The translations under genes and the position numbers were made by a program. From Nitrospirales bacterium (GTDB lineage Bacteria > Nitrospirota > Nitrospiria > Nitrospirales > UBA8639): a DNA stretch of 64,000 nucleotides. Below are positions 1 through 10,984 of this stretch, one piece after another; the stretch's first letter is position 1; each line of letters starts with the position of its first letter. The stretch lies in assembly GCA_963555755.3 (NCBI GenBank), contig OY820905.2, positions 3,424,001-3,488,000 of the forward strand, written 5' to 3'. A model generated the notes under the pieces. The model had not been told where the DNA came from. It did not search any database and saw only the letters and a program-made list of their open reading frames with translations.

Positions 1-2
1 TC

Positions 3-716
3 ACTAAGGCTGCCACATCGCCTTTTACCATGATTGGGGGATTGTTAGGCGGGAGTGGCGATGACTTAGCGGTGGTGCAGTTTCCTGTGGGGCAAGCGGC
101 ATTGGCTGAGGGCCAGATAGAAAAACTTTCGACGTTGGCTTCGGCTCTTTCCCAACGTCCCGGGTTGCGATTGGAAATTACCGGAGGCGCCGAGCCTACA
201 AAAGATGGTCTGCGCATGGCGGAAGTCAAACTCGAGGATCAGCTTAAAGAAATTCGGCAACAGGAGTTGGTTTCTCCCGGTCAAATGAAATCCGAGTCAT
301 CAGCCAAAGTGAATCTTTCCTCAACTGGTCGAGACCGATTGGTGAAGAAGCTCTACGTTGAGAAGTTCGGACAAGACCTCGGTAAAGGGCGCTCAGCGGT
401 CGGTGAACAATCTGGTGGGGACGGCGACACGTCCGCGGATTCCCCATTGGATGAAGAAGTAAGTGGCTCTCAATCATCCCCATCAAAGAAACACATTCTT
501 TCTTTAGAGGAAATGCGCCATCGGTTGCTTGAAACTATTCAGATCACGGAAGATGAATTACGACTGTTGGCGCAGGAACGCGCCAGGAGCATTCGGGATT
601 ATCTCGTCAATCAGGAAAAGATTTCGGAAGAACGCATTTTTCTGGTGGAGGCCAATCTTGTCTCTGAATCCAATGCCGATACCATCATCACTAACCTCAC
701 TCTTACTGCCCCGTAA
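3..716 (+). CDS. C-terminal part of a DUF748/OmpA-like-domain envelope protein (5' truncated by window edge)
   Basis: Frame is open from position 3. The motifs F..G...L....IEKL..LA.AL..RP.LRLEI.G and L..LAQERA.SIRDYL...I..ERI are typical of DUF748 protein C-termini. Confidence 0.7.
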   Translation, partial: TKAATSPFTMIGGLLGGSGDDLAVVQFPVGQAALAEGQIEKLSTLASALSQRPGLRLEITGGAEPTKDGLRMAEVKLEDQLKEIRQQELVSPGQMKSESSAKVNLSSTGRDRLVKKLYVEKFGQDLGKGRSAVGEQSGGDGDTSADSPLDEEVSGSQSSPSKKHILSLEEMRHRLLETIQITEDELRLLAQERARSIRDYLVNQEKISEERIFLVEANLVSESNADTIITNLTLTAP

Positions 717-1063
717 GGACCTGTGACAAAATGAATTTGACAAAATCGCGCCCAGATTTGGGCAGGATTTGGACGGAACAATTGAGAAAAGGCCGAGGCA
801 TAGCACGGCTATGTTGAGGCTTTTTCGATTGAAACCCGTTCAACCTAGAAACAGCAGTTGGGCGCAAAAAAGCCGTGTAAGACATTGGGGTGCATGGTGA
901 AATACAAAAAGTCGTGGTCACCTCGGTGGTGATAAGACATTTTTGTATTTTGCCAGGTGCGCCAAGAGCTTGCGCGGACTTTTGTGATCCAACTGCTGTT
1001 TCTAGGTTCCAAGATGGCCCGAAGATGGGATGCGAGATATCAAAGTTATTTTATCACAGGTCC
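717..1063. mobile_element. MITE-like element, family D, with nested family F element
   Basis: Ends GGACCTGTGACAAAAT...TTTTATCACAGGTCC, homologous to 34872-35050 and 53725-53903. It begins immediately after the TAA stop at 714-716. Confidence 0.8.
842..1008. mobile_element. MITE-like element, family F (nested in D)
   Basis: 20-bp perfect TIR AACCTAGAAACAGCAGTTGG / CCAACTGCTGTTTCTAGGTT. A second copy lies at 29661-30279. Confidence 0.8.
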
Positions 1064-1084
1064 TACACACTGTTTGACATACTC

Positions 1085-1987
1085 ATGCGTATAGGGATTG
1101 ATGTCGGGGGCACAAAGATCGAAGCCATTCTCCTGGATTCGACTGGAGAGGAACTCGCTCGTCGTCGTATGGATTCACCGCAGGGCGACTACTCGGCAAC
1201 GCTCCTCTCCATTGGTGCCCTGGTTGAAGAATTAGAGCGTGACTGTGCGACAGCCCCGACAGTCGGTGTGGGAATTCCCGGGACCATCTCTTCCGGAACA
1301 GGGTTGGTCAAAAATGCCAATTCAACTTGGCTCATCGGCCACCCGCTTCAATACGATTTGGAACAACGATTACAGCGTCCTGTTCGTGTGGCTAATGATG
1401 CGGATTGCTTCGCGGTGTCTGAAGCCACCGATGGTGCGGCAAGGAGTTCGCGGTCGGTGTTTGGGGTAATTTTGGGAACTGGCGTTGGAGGTGGTCTGTG
1501 CTGGGAGGGCCGACCGATATTTGGCCCGAATGCTATTGCTGGTGAATGGGGACATAACCCGCTCCCTTGGCCTGAGGATGATGAGCGTCCAGGCCCAGAC
1601 TGCTATTGTGGTTTGCGTGGGTGCCTGGAAACGTTTCTTTCGGGTCCAGGGTTGCAACGTGACCACTTCGAAAGAACCGGAGAGCATTGTACCCCGCAAG
1701 AAATCTCTGAACGTGCTGTTGGCGAAAGTCCCAAGTGTCTGGAGACGTTGAAGCGATATGAACATCGGTTGGCTCGTGGTTTGGCCAGTGTCATCAATAT
1801 CTTTGATCCGGAAGTGATCGTCTTGGGTGGAGGATTATCGAAAATCGAACGTTTGTATCACACCGTTCCGACCTTGTGGCCCTCTTGGGTATTTTCTGAT
1901 CACGTGGAGACGCAATTGGTTCCTCCACGGTTTGGCGATTCAAGCGGAGTCAGAGGAGCGGCGTGGCTTTGGCCTCTTTCTTCCTAG
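1085..1987 (+). CDS. mak: ROK family sugar kinase (fructokinase Mak-like)
   Basis: MRIGIDVGGTKIE N-terminus, GVILGTGVGGG, GEWGH, CYCG..GCLE zinc motif. ATG 1085 chosen because the upstream extension lies in MITE DNA. Confidence 0.9.
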   Translation: MRIGIDVGGTKIEAILLDSTGEELARRRMDSPQGDYSATLLSIGALVEELERDCATAPTVGVGIPGTISSGTGLVKNANSTWLIGHPLQYDLEQRLQRPVRVANDADCFAVSEATDGAARSSRSVFGVILGTGVGGGLCWEGRPIFGPNAIAGEWGHNPLPWPEDDERPGPDCYCGLRGCLETFLSGPGLQRDHFERTGEHCTPQEISERAVGESPKCLETLKRYEHRLARGLASVINIFDPEVIVLGGGLSKIERLYHTVPTLWPSWVFSDHVETQLVPPRFGDSSGVRGAAWLWPLSS

Positions 1988-2134
1988 TTGGAACATGAAA
2001 CTAGAAACCGCATCATTGTTGCCGAACTCTCGGTGCTGCATTAGAGTGGGTTTGGAAAATTCCAAGAGAAGAAAAGTGGATCATCATGAAGAGGAGGCAA
2101 GGAAACTCGTGCTGTATTGTGAGGGTTCGTACAC

Positions 2135-3832
2135 ATGACAGAATTGAATGCTGATGCGCCAAGAGATTTCATCCGGGCGATGGTTGCGCGGGATGTTGCG
2201 GCCAAGAAGTTTGCGGGTGAAGTGAAAACCCGATTTCCACCAGAGCCAAACGGCTATTTGCATATTGGTCATGCGAAATCCATGTGTTTGAATTTTGGGA
2301 TTGCCGAAGAGTTTCCTGGTGGCTTGTGCAATTTACGGTTCGACGATACCAATCCCACGAAAGAAAATGTGGAATACGTCGAATCTATTCAGGAGGATAT
2401 ACGTTGGCTTGGATTCGATTGGGGTGATCGCCTGTTCTGTGCCTCGAACTATTTTGAGCGTTTGTATGACTACGCGGTGTTCCTGATCAAGCAAGGCCAG
2501 GCCTATGTCGATAGTTTGACTGCCGACGAAATACGTGAGCATCGCGGAACGTTAACCGATCCCGGAAAAGATAGCCCATATCGATCCCGGTCGATTGAGG
2601 AAAACCTGGATTTATTTGGGCGTATGCGGGCAGCCGAGTTTGCGGATGGGGCTCATGTGCTTCGGGCGAAAATCGATATGGCGTCGTCCAATATTAATTT
2701 ACGCGATCCAATACTGTATCGCATTCGCCGGGCTCACCATTATCGTACTGGAGATGCGTGGTGCATCTATCCCAATTATGATTTTGCCCATCCGCTCTCT
2801 GATTCGATTGAGGGCATTACTCATTCCCTGTGTACGTTGGAGTTTGAAGATCATCGGCCCTTGTACGATTGGGTTCTTGATGCCTGTCAGGTTGAACGGC
2901 ATTCACAACAGATTGAATTTGCACGGCTGAATTTGACGTACACGCTTATGAGTAAACGGAAGTTATTAGAATTAGTGGAAGAAAGGCATGTGACAGGATG
3001 GGATGACCCTCGCCTTCCCACGCTGATGGGTCTGCGAAGGCGGGGCTATACCCCGGAGTCCATTCGGAAATTTTGTGACCACATTGGTGTGGCCAAGCGA
3101 GACAGTACTGTCGAAATTACGTTACTGGAGCATTTTATCAGGGACGATTTGAACAAACGTGCCATGCGGGTGATGGCGGTGCTGCGGCCGTTACGCCTGG
3201 TCATTGAAAATTACCCGGAGGAGACAGTTGAAGAACTTTCGGCTGTGAATAATCCGGAAGATACCGCCATGGGGAAGAGAACCATTCCGTTTTCACGAAT
3301 TCTCTATATTGAACAAGATGATTTTCGGGAAGACCCACCCAAAAAGTTTTTCCGGCTAGCCCCCGGGCAAGAAGTCCGTTTGCGCTATGCCTATATCATC
3401 AAATGCGTCAACGTGATCAAGGATGAAGTCACTGGGGACATACTGGAGGTGCGTTGCACCTATGATCCTGAGACGAGAAGTGGGGGGCCTCACGCGTCGC
3501 GAAAAGTGAAGGGGACGCTGCATTGGGTCTCGGTTGCTCATGCGGTTCCGGCTGAAGTCAGGCTGTATGATTATTTGTTCCTCGTCCCCGACCCTGGGAA
3601 TGACAAGGAGGGCAGAGATTATCGAGCCTGTTTGAATCCACATTCTTTAGAACGTTTATCTCAATGCTATGTGGAGCCAAGCTTGCGTAAGGCAAAGCCT
3701 GGCAGCCGCTTTCAATTTGAGCGGCAGGGATATTTTTGTGTGGATCGGGTGGAATCGTCTGAAAACTGGTTGGTCTTTAACCGGACTGTTCCATTACGAG
3801 ATTCGTGGAGCAAAATTGAGAAGGCACAGTAA
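2135..3832 (+). CDS. glnS: Glutamine--tRNA ligase
   Basis: [15 protein letters not shown] (HIGH), [22 protein letters not shown]. Confidence 0.97.
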   Translation: MTELNADAPRDFIRAMVARDVAAKKFAGEVKTRFPPEPNGYLHIGHAKSMCLNFGIAEEFPGGLCNLRFDDTNPTKENVEYVESIQEDIRWLGFDWGDRLFCASNYFERLYDYAVFLIKQGQAYVDSLTADEIREHRGTLTDPGKDSPYRSRSIEENLDLFGRMRAAEFADGAHVLRAKIDMASSNINLRDPILYRIRRAHHYRTGDAWCIYPNYDFAHPLSDSIEGITHSLCTLEFEDHRPLYDWVLDACQVERHSQQIEFARLNLTYTLMSKRKLLELVEERHVTGWDDPRLPTLMGLRRRGYTPESIRKFCDHIGVAKRDSTVEITLLEHFIRDDLNKRAMRVMAVLRPLRLVIENYPEETVEELSAVNNPEDTAMGKRTIPFSRILYIEQDDFREDPPKKFFRLAPGQEVRLRYAYIIKCVNVIKDEVTGDILEVRCTYDPETRSGGPHASRKVKGTLHWVSVAHAVPAEVRLYDYLFLVPDPGNDKEGRDYRACLNPHSLERLSQCYVEPSLRKAKPGSRFQFERQGYFCVDRVESSENWLVFNRTVPLRDSWSKIEKAQ

Positions 3833-3864
3833 AAAGCCGAGACAGGTAGTGGCCAGAGGGAAGG

Positions 3865-4131
3865 TTAGGGCTCACTCTGAGTGGTTTCGGAAGGGTGACG
3901 GGGAGGGCTGTCCGGTTGAGGCTCAGAAGGTGATAGATTTTCTTTTTGTGCGGCTATGGACTGATTTGAAAGAAACTCTTCCATGTCATGCACGTATTGG
4001 TTTCCAAATAATTGAATAACCCATTCGCGCTGCTGTTCCAGTGGAACTTCCCACGCCTCCCAGGCATCTAACAGTCGGAGCTGATCGTAGGGCATGCAGT
4101 CAAGCTTAATGGTAAACAGGGGGACAGGCAT
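3865..4131 (-). CDS. Hypothetical protein
   Basis: 88-aa ORF with ATG start filling an intergenic gap. No recognisable motif. Confidence 0.4.
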   Translation of the reverse strand: MPVPLFTIKLDCMPYDQLRLLDAWEAWEVPLEQQREWVIQLFGNQYVHDMEEFLSNQSIAAQKENLSPSEPQPDSPPRHPSETTQSEP

Positions 4132-4314
4132 ATAGTTTTATCGGTTGCCGGTTCCCGGAACTCAAATAAAAACCAATTTGGCGGGTCACCGGATTGAACG
4201 GGCGGAATTAGGAGGGGGGGGGAGGACATCCAAAATCATGAATCTTGGCAGGATGTAGCATGTCTTGCGAGGTAAAGTGCTGGTGCCTTGGGAGCGAAGG
4301 ATTAGAATGAGGGG

Positions 4315-4572
4315 TCACTCATCTCGAAGCTGTCGGCGTCGTTTAAAAATGACCATGTGCCCTTCTTCCATATCGATGGACGTTGGAGTATTGCAAATCG
4401 TTCCGGGATAGACGGTGTCCATTTCCCACCCTTCCCCGTATCGTTTGACCAACTGTTTATGTAGCGTGGACAAAGTTGACTCACTCGGCCCTCGTCCTTG
4501 AATCTCTGCCGGTACAGCCATCCCACGTTTTTCGTACTTCCGTCGATCAATCTGTTTTTGTGGTTGTTCCAT
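4315..4572 (-). CDS. Hypothetical small protein (possibly DUF4177-like)
   Basis: GAGG RBS before ATG. The L.K.YGEGWEM...VIFKR pattern resembles DUF4177-type proteins. Confidence 0.5.
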   Translation of the reverse strand: MEQPQKQIDRRKYEKRGMAVPAEIQGRGPSESTLSTLHKQLVKRYGEGWEMDTVYPGTICNTPTSIDMEEGHMVIFKRRRQLRDE

Positions 4573-4660
4573 CTTTTTTCCTCATGCATAGAATGATCCC
4601 GTCCATGAATTCGTGCCTGGTTTTCGTCCAGAATGCGTGCGAGTCAGAATTCTGATGTTA

Positions 4661-4923
4661 GGGTCCGTCACGAAATAACCGGGACAATTGGGAGGCCCAG
4701 ATTTGTGATCGGGGCAAGGCGCGACGAGGGAGCAGAGCGGGGCTCTGTGACCGAGGAGCAACGCCGCCCTGGGCCAAAGATGGGCCTCCCCGGAGGGCCG
4801 GACGCTTTTGGGCTGCGCCGGCGTCGCTCATCGCTTCCATACTCCCGGTATGCGCACTCTTCGCTCCTTGGCTCGCTCCAAAATCGTCTCGGCCAATTGT
4901 ACCGGTTATTTCGTGACGGACCC
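4661..4923. mobile_element. MITE-like element (263 bp) with ~31-bp TIRs
   Basis: GGGTCCGTCACGAAATAACCGG(G/T)ACAATTGG TIRs, flanked by TTA/TTA. Contains the CAAGGCGCGA...GAGCAACGCCG core. Confidence 0.85.
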
Positions 4924-5066
4924 TTAGCCTTTTTCGTTCTCCATCGGGATTTTTTGCCACGTACTTGATACCTGAATACCCTGCACTCATGGCCAGAAAT
5001 TCAGGTTTGATTTGCCCAAAGAAAAAATCGACCATCGAGGCTTTTTGCAAGAAAAGTCTGCACTTA

Positions 5067-5223
5067 GGGTTCGCGCAAAAATAACTTCCCCTGTTTGGGC
5101 GTTGATCCATCCTGTCTGGCGGCGGTGCTCGTCCTTTCCATACGCGGAGTATGCGCAGCCCTCGCGCCTTGCCAGACAGGCACCTCAGCACCCAAACATG
5201 GGAAGTTATTGTTGCGCGAACCC
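5067..5223. mobile_element. MITE-like element, family C (157 bp)
   Basis: GGGTTCGCGCAA...TTGCGCGAACCC TIRs with TTA/TTA flanks. Other copies at 30040, 45182 and 55974. Confidence 0.9.
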
Positions 5224-5466
5224 TTAGGGCCGGACAAAGGCGATGAGAGGCAAGATACGAACGTAGGACACCCTTTTGGCCTGAGGCGCTGGGGTGTGCA
5301 TGCATGACTTGGTGGCGGGGATTAAAGGGCGGACGCCTTGCTCTGAGGACTATCCCATGGTGGCAGTCTGCGTCCATGGAGATGACGGGGTTTCATGTTG
5401 GCCGGAAATATCCGTGGTGTGGTTCTCCTCGTCGTGACTGTCTGCGTGTTATTCGATGGGCTGGAA

Positions 5467-5850
5467 TTACGAAGGAATGAGATGCCCCAGTTTTTCCTTG
5501 ATGCTTTCTTGAGAAAAAGGTTTCATGATATATCCCGTGGTTTTTGCCTGAACCGCCTCCATGATTTGAGCTTCTCGCCCTTCTACTGTGACCAGATACA
5601 CAGAGGTCTCTCGTAAATTTTCATCAACCCGAATGGCTTTGAGCAAATCCAGGCCGTTCAGTCCGGGCATATGCCAATCTGCCATGACTAAATCTACCGG
5701 CTGTTCTTTGAGCATGGTGAGGGCTTCGTCGCCCCGCTCAGCTTCTTTGATTTGCTCAAATCCTAAACGTTGAAAAATTCGGCAGAGTTTTTTTCGGGAA
5801 ACAGCATCGTCGTCTACGACTAAAATCGATTGGATTGTCTGGTCTCCCAT
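5467..5850 (-). CDS. Single-domain response regulator (CheY-like)
   Basis: ILVVDD, DWHMPGLNGLDLL, VT.E, YIMKPF receiver motifs. Confidence 0.9.
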   Translation of the reverse strand: MGDQTIQSILVVDDDAVSRKKLCRIFQRLGFEQIKEAERGDEALTMLKEQPVDLVMADWHMPGLNGLDLLKAIRVDENLRETSVYLVTVEGREAQIMEAVQAKTTGYIMKPFSQESIKEKLGHLIPS

Positions 5851-6057
5851 GGGAATGGTTCCTTCACTAATCGTTACGGAAAAGGTTTTCTGTTGTTAAA
5901 CGTATGGGAACTGTCAGTCGAAAAGCTGCAATCCTTCAGTCATTGTGTTTGTACGTATTAATACTCGATCTTGGAGAATGGTTGGTGCATACTGCCTACT
6001 CGGAATCTCAAAAAGAAACTTTACCAGTCAAAAGGATAATCCTACGAATTTTTCTGT

Positions 6058-6283
6058 AATGGGGCTGTTGAATATTTCGCGTCAATTGCCAATAAAAGCT
6101 CTGGATGAGCCAAGCATTGTCAAGGGGAGGGAATGTTCAAAAAAGCATGCCCTGAGTCTTTCCGAAGGGTCTATCCAGCAAGGCCGCAGCCCTTTTGACG
6201 CGCGGAGCGTACTCATAGTACGTGAGCACGGCAAAAGGGCGAGAACGCCGCTGGCGGCTTTTTTCAACATTCCCGTAATGGAA
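6058..6283. repeat. Dispersed repeat containing a family B hairpin element (6129-6274)
   Basis: Closely similar to 63713-63914. Arms GGGAATGTT...AACATTCCC surround the CAAGGCCGCAG...GAGAACGCCG core. Confidence 0.85.
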
Positions 6284-6386
6284 TAATCGTTTTGTATGAT
6301 CGAATGCGGTAGGCTGAGAAATTTGGAGGGAAGATATTTTTCGCAGAATTAAGGGGAGCAACGGGTCTGGAGATATGGGAAGGCCC

Positions 6387-7277
6387 TTACTGCCGCAGCA
6401 TGTCAAAACTTTGAATGCCCAAGGCATCATAAATTTGAAGCGAGGCCTTGGATTTATTCAACGTGTACAAATGAATCCCTTGGACTTGGTGGTCGAGCAA
6501 ATCTAGAACTTGCTCTGTTGCCCATGCTATGCCAATTCGTTCCCCGTCTTCGACATTCGTCGAACTTCTCATTGCACGAAGCAGCTTTGCTGGAAACCGT
6601 GCGCCGAGTGCGAGTTCGGACATGCGAGCCATCCCCTTTTTGGAGGTGATGGGCATAATCCCGGCGATGATGGGGACGTGGATACCACCCATTTCGCAGC
6701 GGTCACGGAAATCATAAAAATCACGATTATCAAAAAATAATTGTGTGCAAATATAGTCAGCGCCCGCCTCGACTTTTTCCTTCAAAAAGTCGATTTCCTT
6801 GAGACGATTGGGGGTATCCGGGTGACCTTCAGGAAATCCCGCCACCCCAACACCCATGTCGGGGAAATGTTTTTTGATAAAACGGACGAGGTCCGCAGCA
6901 TACGGAAACCCATGGCTTGGTGGAACATACTCTTGTTGGGATTGGGGTGGGTCTCCGCGTAACGCCATAATATTTTTTATGCCGTGCTCATGGTAGGTCT
7001 GGAGAATGTGATGAATTTCGTCTTGGCTCGATCCCACACAGGTTAAATGTGACACAATCGTCAGATTGGTCTTTTCCTGGAGTTTTACCACCAAATCGTG
7101 GGTCAGGGTGCGAGTCGATCCACCGGCACCGTAAGTCACACTAACATAGGCCGGTTTAAGGGGGACCAACTGTTGAATCGTTTGAAATAATTCTTGAGAG
7201 GCCGTTTCAGTTTTTGGGGGAAAGAACTCAAAACTGATAGCCGGTTGGTGCTGTTTCAACACTTGTGCAATATGCAT
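6387..7277 (-). CDS. metF: Methylenetetrahydrofolate reductase
   Basis: SFEFFPPK, SVTYGAGGS, HLTCV, ALRGDPP, TQLFFD, HLYTLN. Confidence 0.96.
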   Translation of the reverse strand: MHIAQVLKQHQPAISFEFFPPKTETASQELFQTIQQLVPLKPAYVSVTYGAGGSTRTLTHDLVVKLQEKTNLTIVSHLTCVGSSQDEIHHILQTYHEHGIKNIMALRGDPPQSQQEYVPPSHGFPYAADLVRFIKKHFPDMGVGVAGFPEGHPDTPNRLKEIDFLKEKVEAGADYICTQLFFDNRDFYDFRDRCEMGGIHVPIIAGIMPITSKKGMARMSELALGARFPAKLLRAMRSSTNVEDGERIGIAWATEQVLDLLDHQVQGIHLYTLNKSKASLQIYDALGIQSFDMLRQ

Positions 7278-8403
7278 GTTCGTCCTTTGTGTCAGACCGT
7301 CGAGTCAGCTCTATGCTGAGTACCCATACAAGCGATCATCATTCATTCAATAACCATAAGGGTTTCTGTCTATATATTTCAAATCTGGGCTTAGGTCAAT
7401 TTGGAAAAAGCCTGAGCGAAGATTTCTGGCGTATTTCTACTGTACGATGAAATCTATTAACGTCAAGGCTTGGCAAGGGTGTGAAGGGAGTTGCCGATAA
7501 CACATGTTAGGTGCAAATGGGTATTCTCTCCCTTCGGATGTGGGGAGCAGGTCATTGAAAGGTTCCTCTGGCCGCCTTTTAGCACATTGGTTGTCCTTCA
7601 ATGAGTGGGCGTAGGATGAAGATTTTGGCGGCTGTTTCTTGATCAAACCGTGAACCGGGAATGTGTTTTGTAATGGAGGGTGCAACTATGCGCAGTCATT
7701 ACTCAGAAACCCAATGGGATCAAATCATCAATGGCCATCATCCGTGGAATGATAAAGGGCCATTTTTGGGAAAGAAGAAGGGCTTGCGATCATTACAATA
7801 CGCGACCAGGATTGTCACGAGATTGGTGTGTTTTGAACCAACGGTGGCCTTGGGTCAAAACGGGTAATAAATCCACATCCTGCTTGCTGTGTCATCGAGA
7901 AGGACTTTCTCTACCGAACACCGACATGTTCCGGAACCCCTTGCGTTCTTTCGCACTCTGAGCATGATAAGGCCCCACTCAGTGCGGCTTTGTACCCTCT
8001 GAGGAGCATGCGGCCCTTTTCCATATTCTGCTACGCGTGCAGCCTTCCCTTCTCAATTTTCCGCTTTTCACCAGTTTTTTGGTCTATGGGAATGTGACAG
8101 ATGGTGTCAAAATTTCCGACATGTCAGAATTTTGGTGTGGAAGTAGGAAAAATATGCCTCACGTCAGGTCATCAACAGGAAGAAAAATGGGCTATGTATT
8201 CAATAGGTTAAACATGGAAAAATTTCTTGGTCATGGTTGAAGTGAAGGGAGGCTACTCCGGTATCGATCTTGCTCACCATAATGGACAGTACAGAAAATG
8301 TTGCCCATTCGTGGTCTGGGCAATGATTATCAAAAACCGACTTCAGGAGACCAGCGGGTGTTTTGGGGGGTCTGTCGTGAGCCAACGGATTAAGGGGGCT
8401 GAT

Positions 8404-10173
8404 ATGGAGAGCAGCCAAGTGCGAGTGCTTCTTGTGAATCTGCGAGAAGAAGACTGCCTTTCCACAAAAAATTTATTATCAGATGCTCGAGATCAGCAGT
8501 TTGTCCTGGAATGGGTGTCGGGTTATGAGGACGCATTGGAGGCGATTCGACATCATGCGCATGATGTGTATTTGTTGGATTACGAGTTGGGCGAACGATC
8601 GGGCATCGATTTAATTCGAGAGGCCATGTACAACGGATGTAAGGCCCCGTTGATCATGCTCACGGATCAAGCTGATTACGGGGTTGATACCGAAGCCATC
8701 AAGGTCGGGGCCGCGGACTCATTGGTCAAAGACCAGATCAATTCGACATTGTTAGAACGGTCGATTCGTTATGCGATTGAACGCAAACGAACGGACGAGC
8801 GAATGGCATTTTTGGCCCAATATGATTCGCTGACAGGTTTGGCAAATCGAAGTCTCTTTAAGGAACTTCTGGCTCTGGCCCTGGCTCGCGCCGAACGCAA
8901 TGGAAAACATGTGGCGCTCATGTTTCTTGACCTGGACCGGTTCAAGATTATTAATGACTCATTGGGCCATGACGGCGGCGATCAGGTCTTAAAAGTTGTG
9001 GCGGAACGTCTCCGTTCCCGCATGCGGAAAAGCGATACGGTTGCCAGGTTGGGAGGCGATGAATTTACCGTCATTCTCGAAGGCATTGGGACTGTGCAAG
9101 ACGCCACGAATGTGGCGCAAGAACTGCTCCAAATCGTGGCACAGCCCATTATGGTTCAGGATCAGGAACTCTTTGTGACGCCAAGTATCGGCATTGCTAT
9201 TCATCCCCAATATGGGAAAGATTCTGACACGCTCATTAAAAATGCGGATATGGCCATGTATCGGGCCAAGCGTCAAGGCCGAAATACCTATCGGTTTTAT
9301 ACCACCACGATGGAATCAAACGGCAAAGCTTCGAAACATTTGGCCATGGAAACAAATTTGCGTCATGCGCTCGACCGTGAAGAATTTCTGCTGCACTATC
9401 AGCCGCTGATTGATCTGAAAAGTGGGCGAGTTATTTCGCTGGAAGCGTTGTTGCGGTGGTGTCATCCCGAACGTGGGCTCATTCATCCCTTGGAATTCAT
9501 TCCCCTGGCAGAGGAAAATGGCATGATCGTGCCGATGGGCGAATGGGTGCTGGCTACGGCATGTCGGCAAAATAAAGAGTGGCAGGAAGCGGGGAATCCC
9601 TTATCGAGTGTCAGTGTTAATTTATCAGCCAGACAATTCCGGCAAAAATCGTTTGTCCGTACCGTGGAAAGCATCCTCGCCGAGAGTAACCTCGATCCTC
9701 AATTTCTGGAGCTCGAACTGACCGAAAGTCTTCTGTTTGAAAGCAATGGCGCATCGACGAACCGGTTGAAAGACCTCAAAGCCTTGGGCATTAAAATTTC
9801 CATTGACGATTTCGGAACAGGCTATTCCTCGCTCAGTTATTTAAAGTGTTTTCCGATCGACACCCTGAAAATTGACCGTTCCTTTGTCGGCGATATTCCT
9901 TCCAATGAAGGGGATTCGGCCATTGCCAGTGGGATGATTGCCTTAGCACACGGGTTGCACATGAAAGTCACGGCAGAAGGGGTCGAAACGCAAGCCCAGT
10001 TGGACTTTTTGCGTGAACAGGAATGTGATGCCATTCAAGGGTATCTCATGAGTCCCGCTGTGCCTCCGGAAGAGGTGACACCTTCTTTTCAAACGAGATG
10101 GTTAGAACCGGTCGAGGCGAGCGGATCGTTTTTGTGGAATTTTTCTTCACTCGCCAAGCGGTTGACCGGCTGA
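8404..10173 (+). CDS. REC-GGDEF-EAL c-di-GMP signalling protein
   Basis: Receiver domain (LLDYEL), YDSLTGLANR, intact GGDEF, EAL and DDFGTGYSSL motifs. ATG 8404 follows an AAGGGG RBS. Confidence 0.92.
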   Translation: MESSQVRVLLVNLREEDCLSTKNLLSDARDQQFVLEWVSGYEDALEAIRHHAHDVYLLDYELGERSGIDLIREAMYNGCKAPLIMLTDQADYGVDTEAIKVGAADSLVKDQINSTLLERSIRYAIERKRTDERMAFLAQYDSLTGLANRSLFKELLALALARAERNGKHVALMFLDLDRFKIINDSLGHDGGDQVLKVVAERLRSRMRKSDTVARLGGDEFTVILEGIGTVQDATNVAQELLQIVAQPIMVQDQELFVTPSIGIAIHPQYGKDSDTLIKNADMAMYRAKRQGRNTYRFYTTTMESNGKASKHLAMETNLRHALDREEFLLHYQPLIDLKSGRVISLEALLRWCHPERGLIHPLEFIPLAEENGMIVPMGEWVLATACRQNKEWQEAGNPLSSVSVNLSARQFRQKSFVRTVESILAESNLDPQFLELELTESLLFESNGASTNRLKDLKALGIKISIDDFGTGYSSLSYLKCFPIDTLKIDRSFVGDIPSNEGDSAIASGMIALAHGLHMKVTAEGVETQAQLDFLREQECDAIQGYLMSPAVPPEEVTPSFQTRWLEPVEASGSFLWNFSSLAKRLTG

Positions 10174-10251
10174 ATCAGGCTGTTTCTATCCTGTTTTTTG
10201 TAGGAGGGTATTCCTAACATACTTGCAATCTGCGAAGAGTAGCGAGAATTG

Positions 10252-10289
10252 AAGGCTCATGGTAAGGTGAGGACCATGAGCCTTTTTTT
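10252..10289 (+). terminator. Rho-independent terminator
   Basis: AAGGCTCATGGT / ACCATGAGCCTT stem followed by a T run. Confidence 0.75.
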
Positions 10290-10324
10290 GTGGCTCTAAT
10301 CGGGTTGACAGAGGTGGTTTTTTG

Positions 10325-10864
10325 ATGGGGAGTGAGGCCTCTAGAGCATTAACGATCACCGTGGAGCAAGGCAGTCTTCTGGATGTCGATACGCAGGTGA
10401 TTGTGAATGCAGCGAATAGTCACGGACTCATGGGAGGGGGCGTGGCGGGAGTCATTCGTCGCGTTGCCGGCTTTCAGGTTGAGGAAGAGGCTCGAAAGCA
10501 TGCCCCAATTCCTGTGGGAATGGCTGTGCTTACCTCCGGTGGGCGAACGAAATTCCGAGGTATCATTCATGCCCCGACCATGTCGGAACCAGCTATGCGG
10601 ATTCCTCCATACAATATAGGGGCTGCCACTCGGGCGGCGTTAGCTTTGGCTGATGAACAAGGTTTTCAATCCCTGGCCATTCCCGGTTTGGGCACTGGTG
10701 TCGGAAAAGTCTCCCCTCAGGAAGCCGCGCGTGAGATGATTCAAGAGATTCAACAATTCAATCCTGAAATTTTACAATCGGTCGTCTTGATCGATATTGA
10801 CCCGGTTATGGTGCAAGCGTGGCGGGATCTTTTATTTCAACAGGGTAACTCCTCAGGTGGATAG
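10325..10864 (+). CDS. Macro domain protein (ADP-ribose binding/deacetylase)
   Basis: IVNAANS..MGGGVAG, IIHAPTM, PGLGTGVG. Confidence 0.92.
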   Translation: MGSEASRALTITVEQGSLLDVDTQVIVNAANSHGLMGGGVAGVIRRVAGFQVEEEARKHAPIPVGMAVLTSGGRTKFRGIIHAPTMSEPAMRIPPYNIGAATRAALALADEQGFQSLAIPGLGTGVGKVSPQEAAREMIQEIQQFNPEILQSVVLIDIDPVMVQAWRDLLFQQGNSSGG

Positions 10865-10984
10865 TCTGAAGGCCGAAGGTGGGGGGTAATCATGCGTGAT
10901 CATACAAAACGTCAGGCATTATGAATGATAGCCTTCAGTCTTTAGCCTTCAGCCTAAATACCTGAGTAGTAAAAAGGAAAAGCC

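Noticed and set aside
890..1084. N-terminal extensions in the ORF track (mak from 890, GGDEF/EAL from 8227, fdx from 36340, transposase from 50582, arsS from 62418)
   Set aside because: The extensions run through repeats, promoters or neighbouring genes. Downstream ATGs match family N-termini or have better RBS.
4633..5377. ORFs across repeats (e.g. 4658-5377, 16924-17403, 29822-30313, 53393-54007, 60676-61270)
   Set aside because: They are translations of MITE or tandem-repeat DNA. The same peptide fragments recur wherever the repeats occur.
10864..10955. Heptamer-like repeats (CCTTCAG, and CGTGAAG at about 41975-42000) as a functional array
   Set aside because: Only 2-3 degenerate copies each. 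They are best explained as short intergenic repeats or hairpins.
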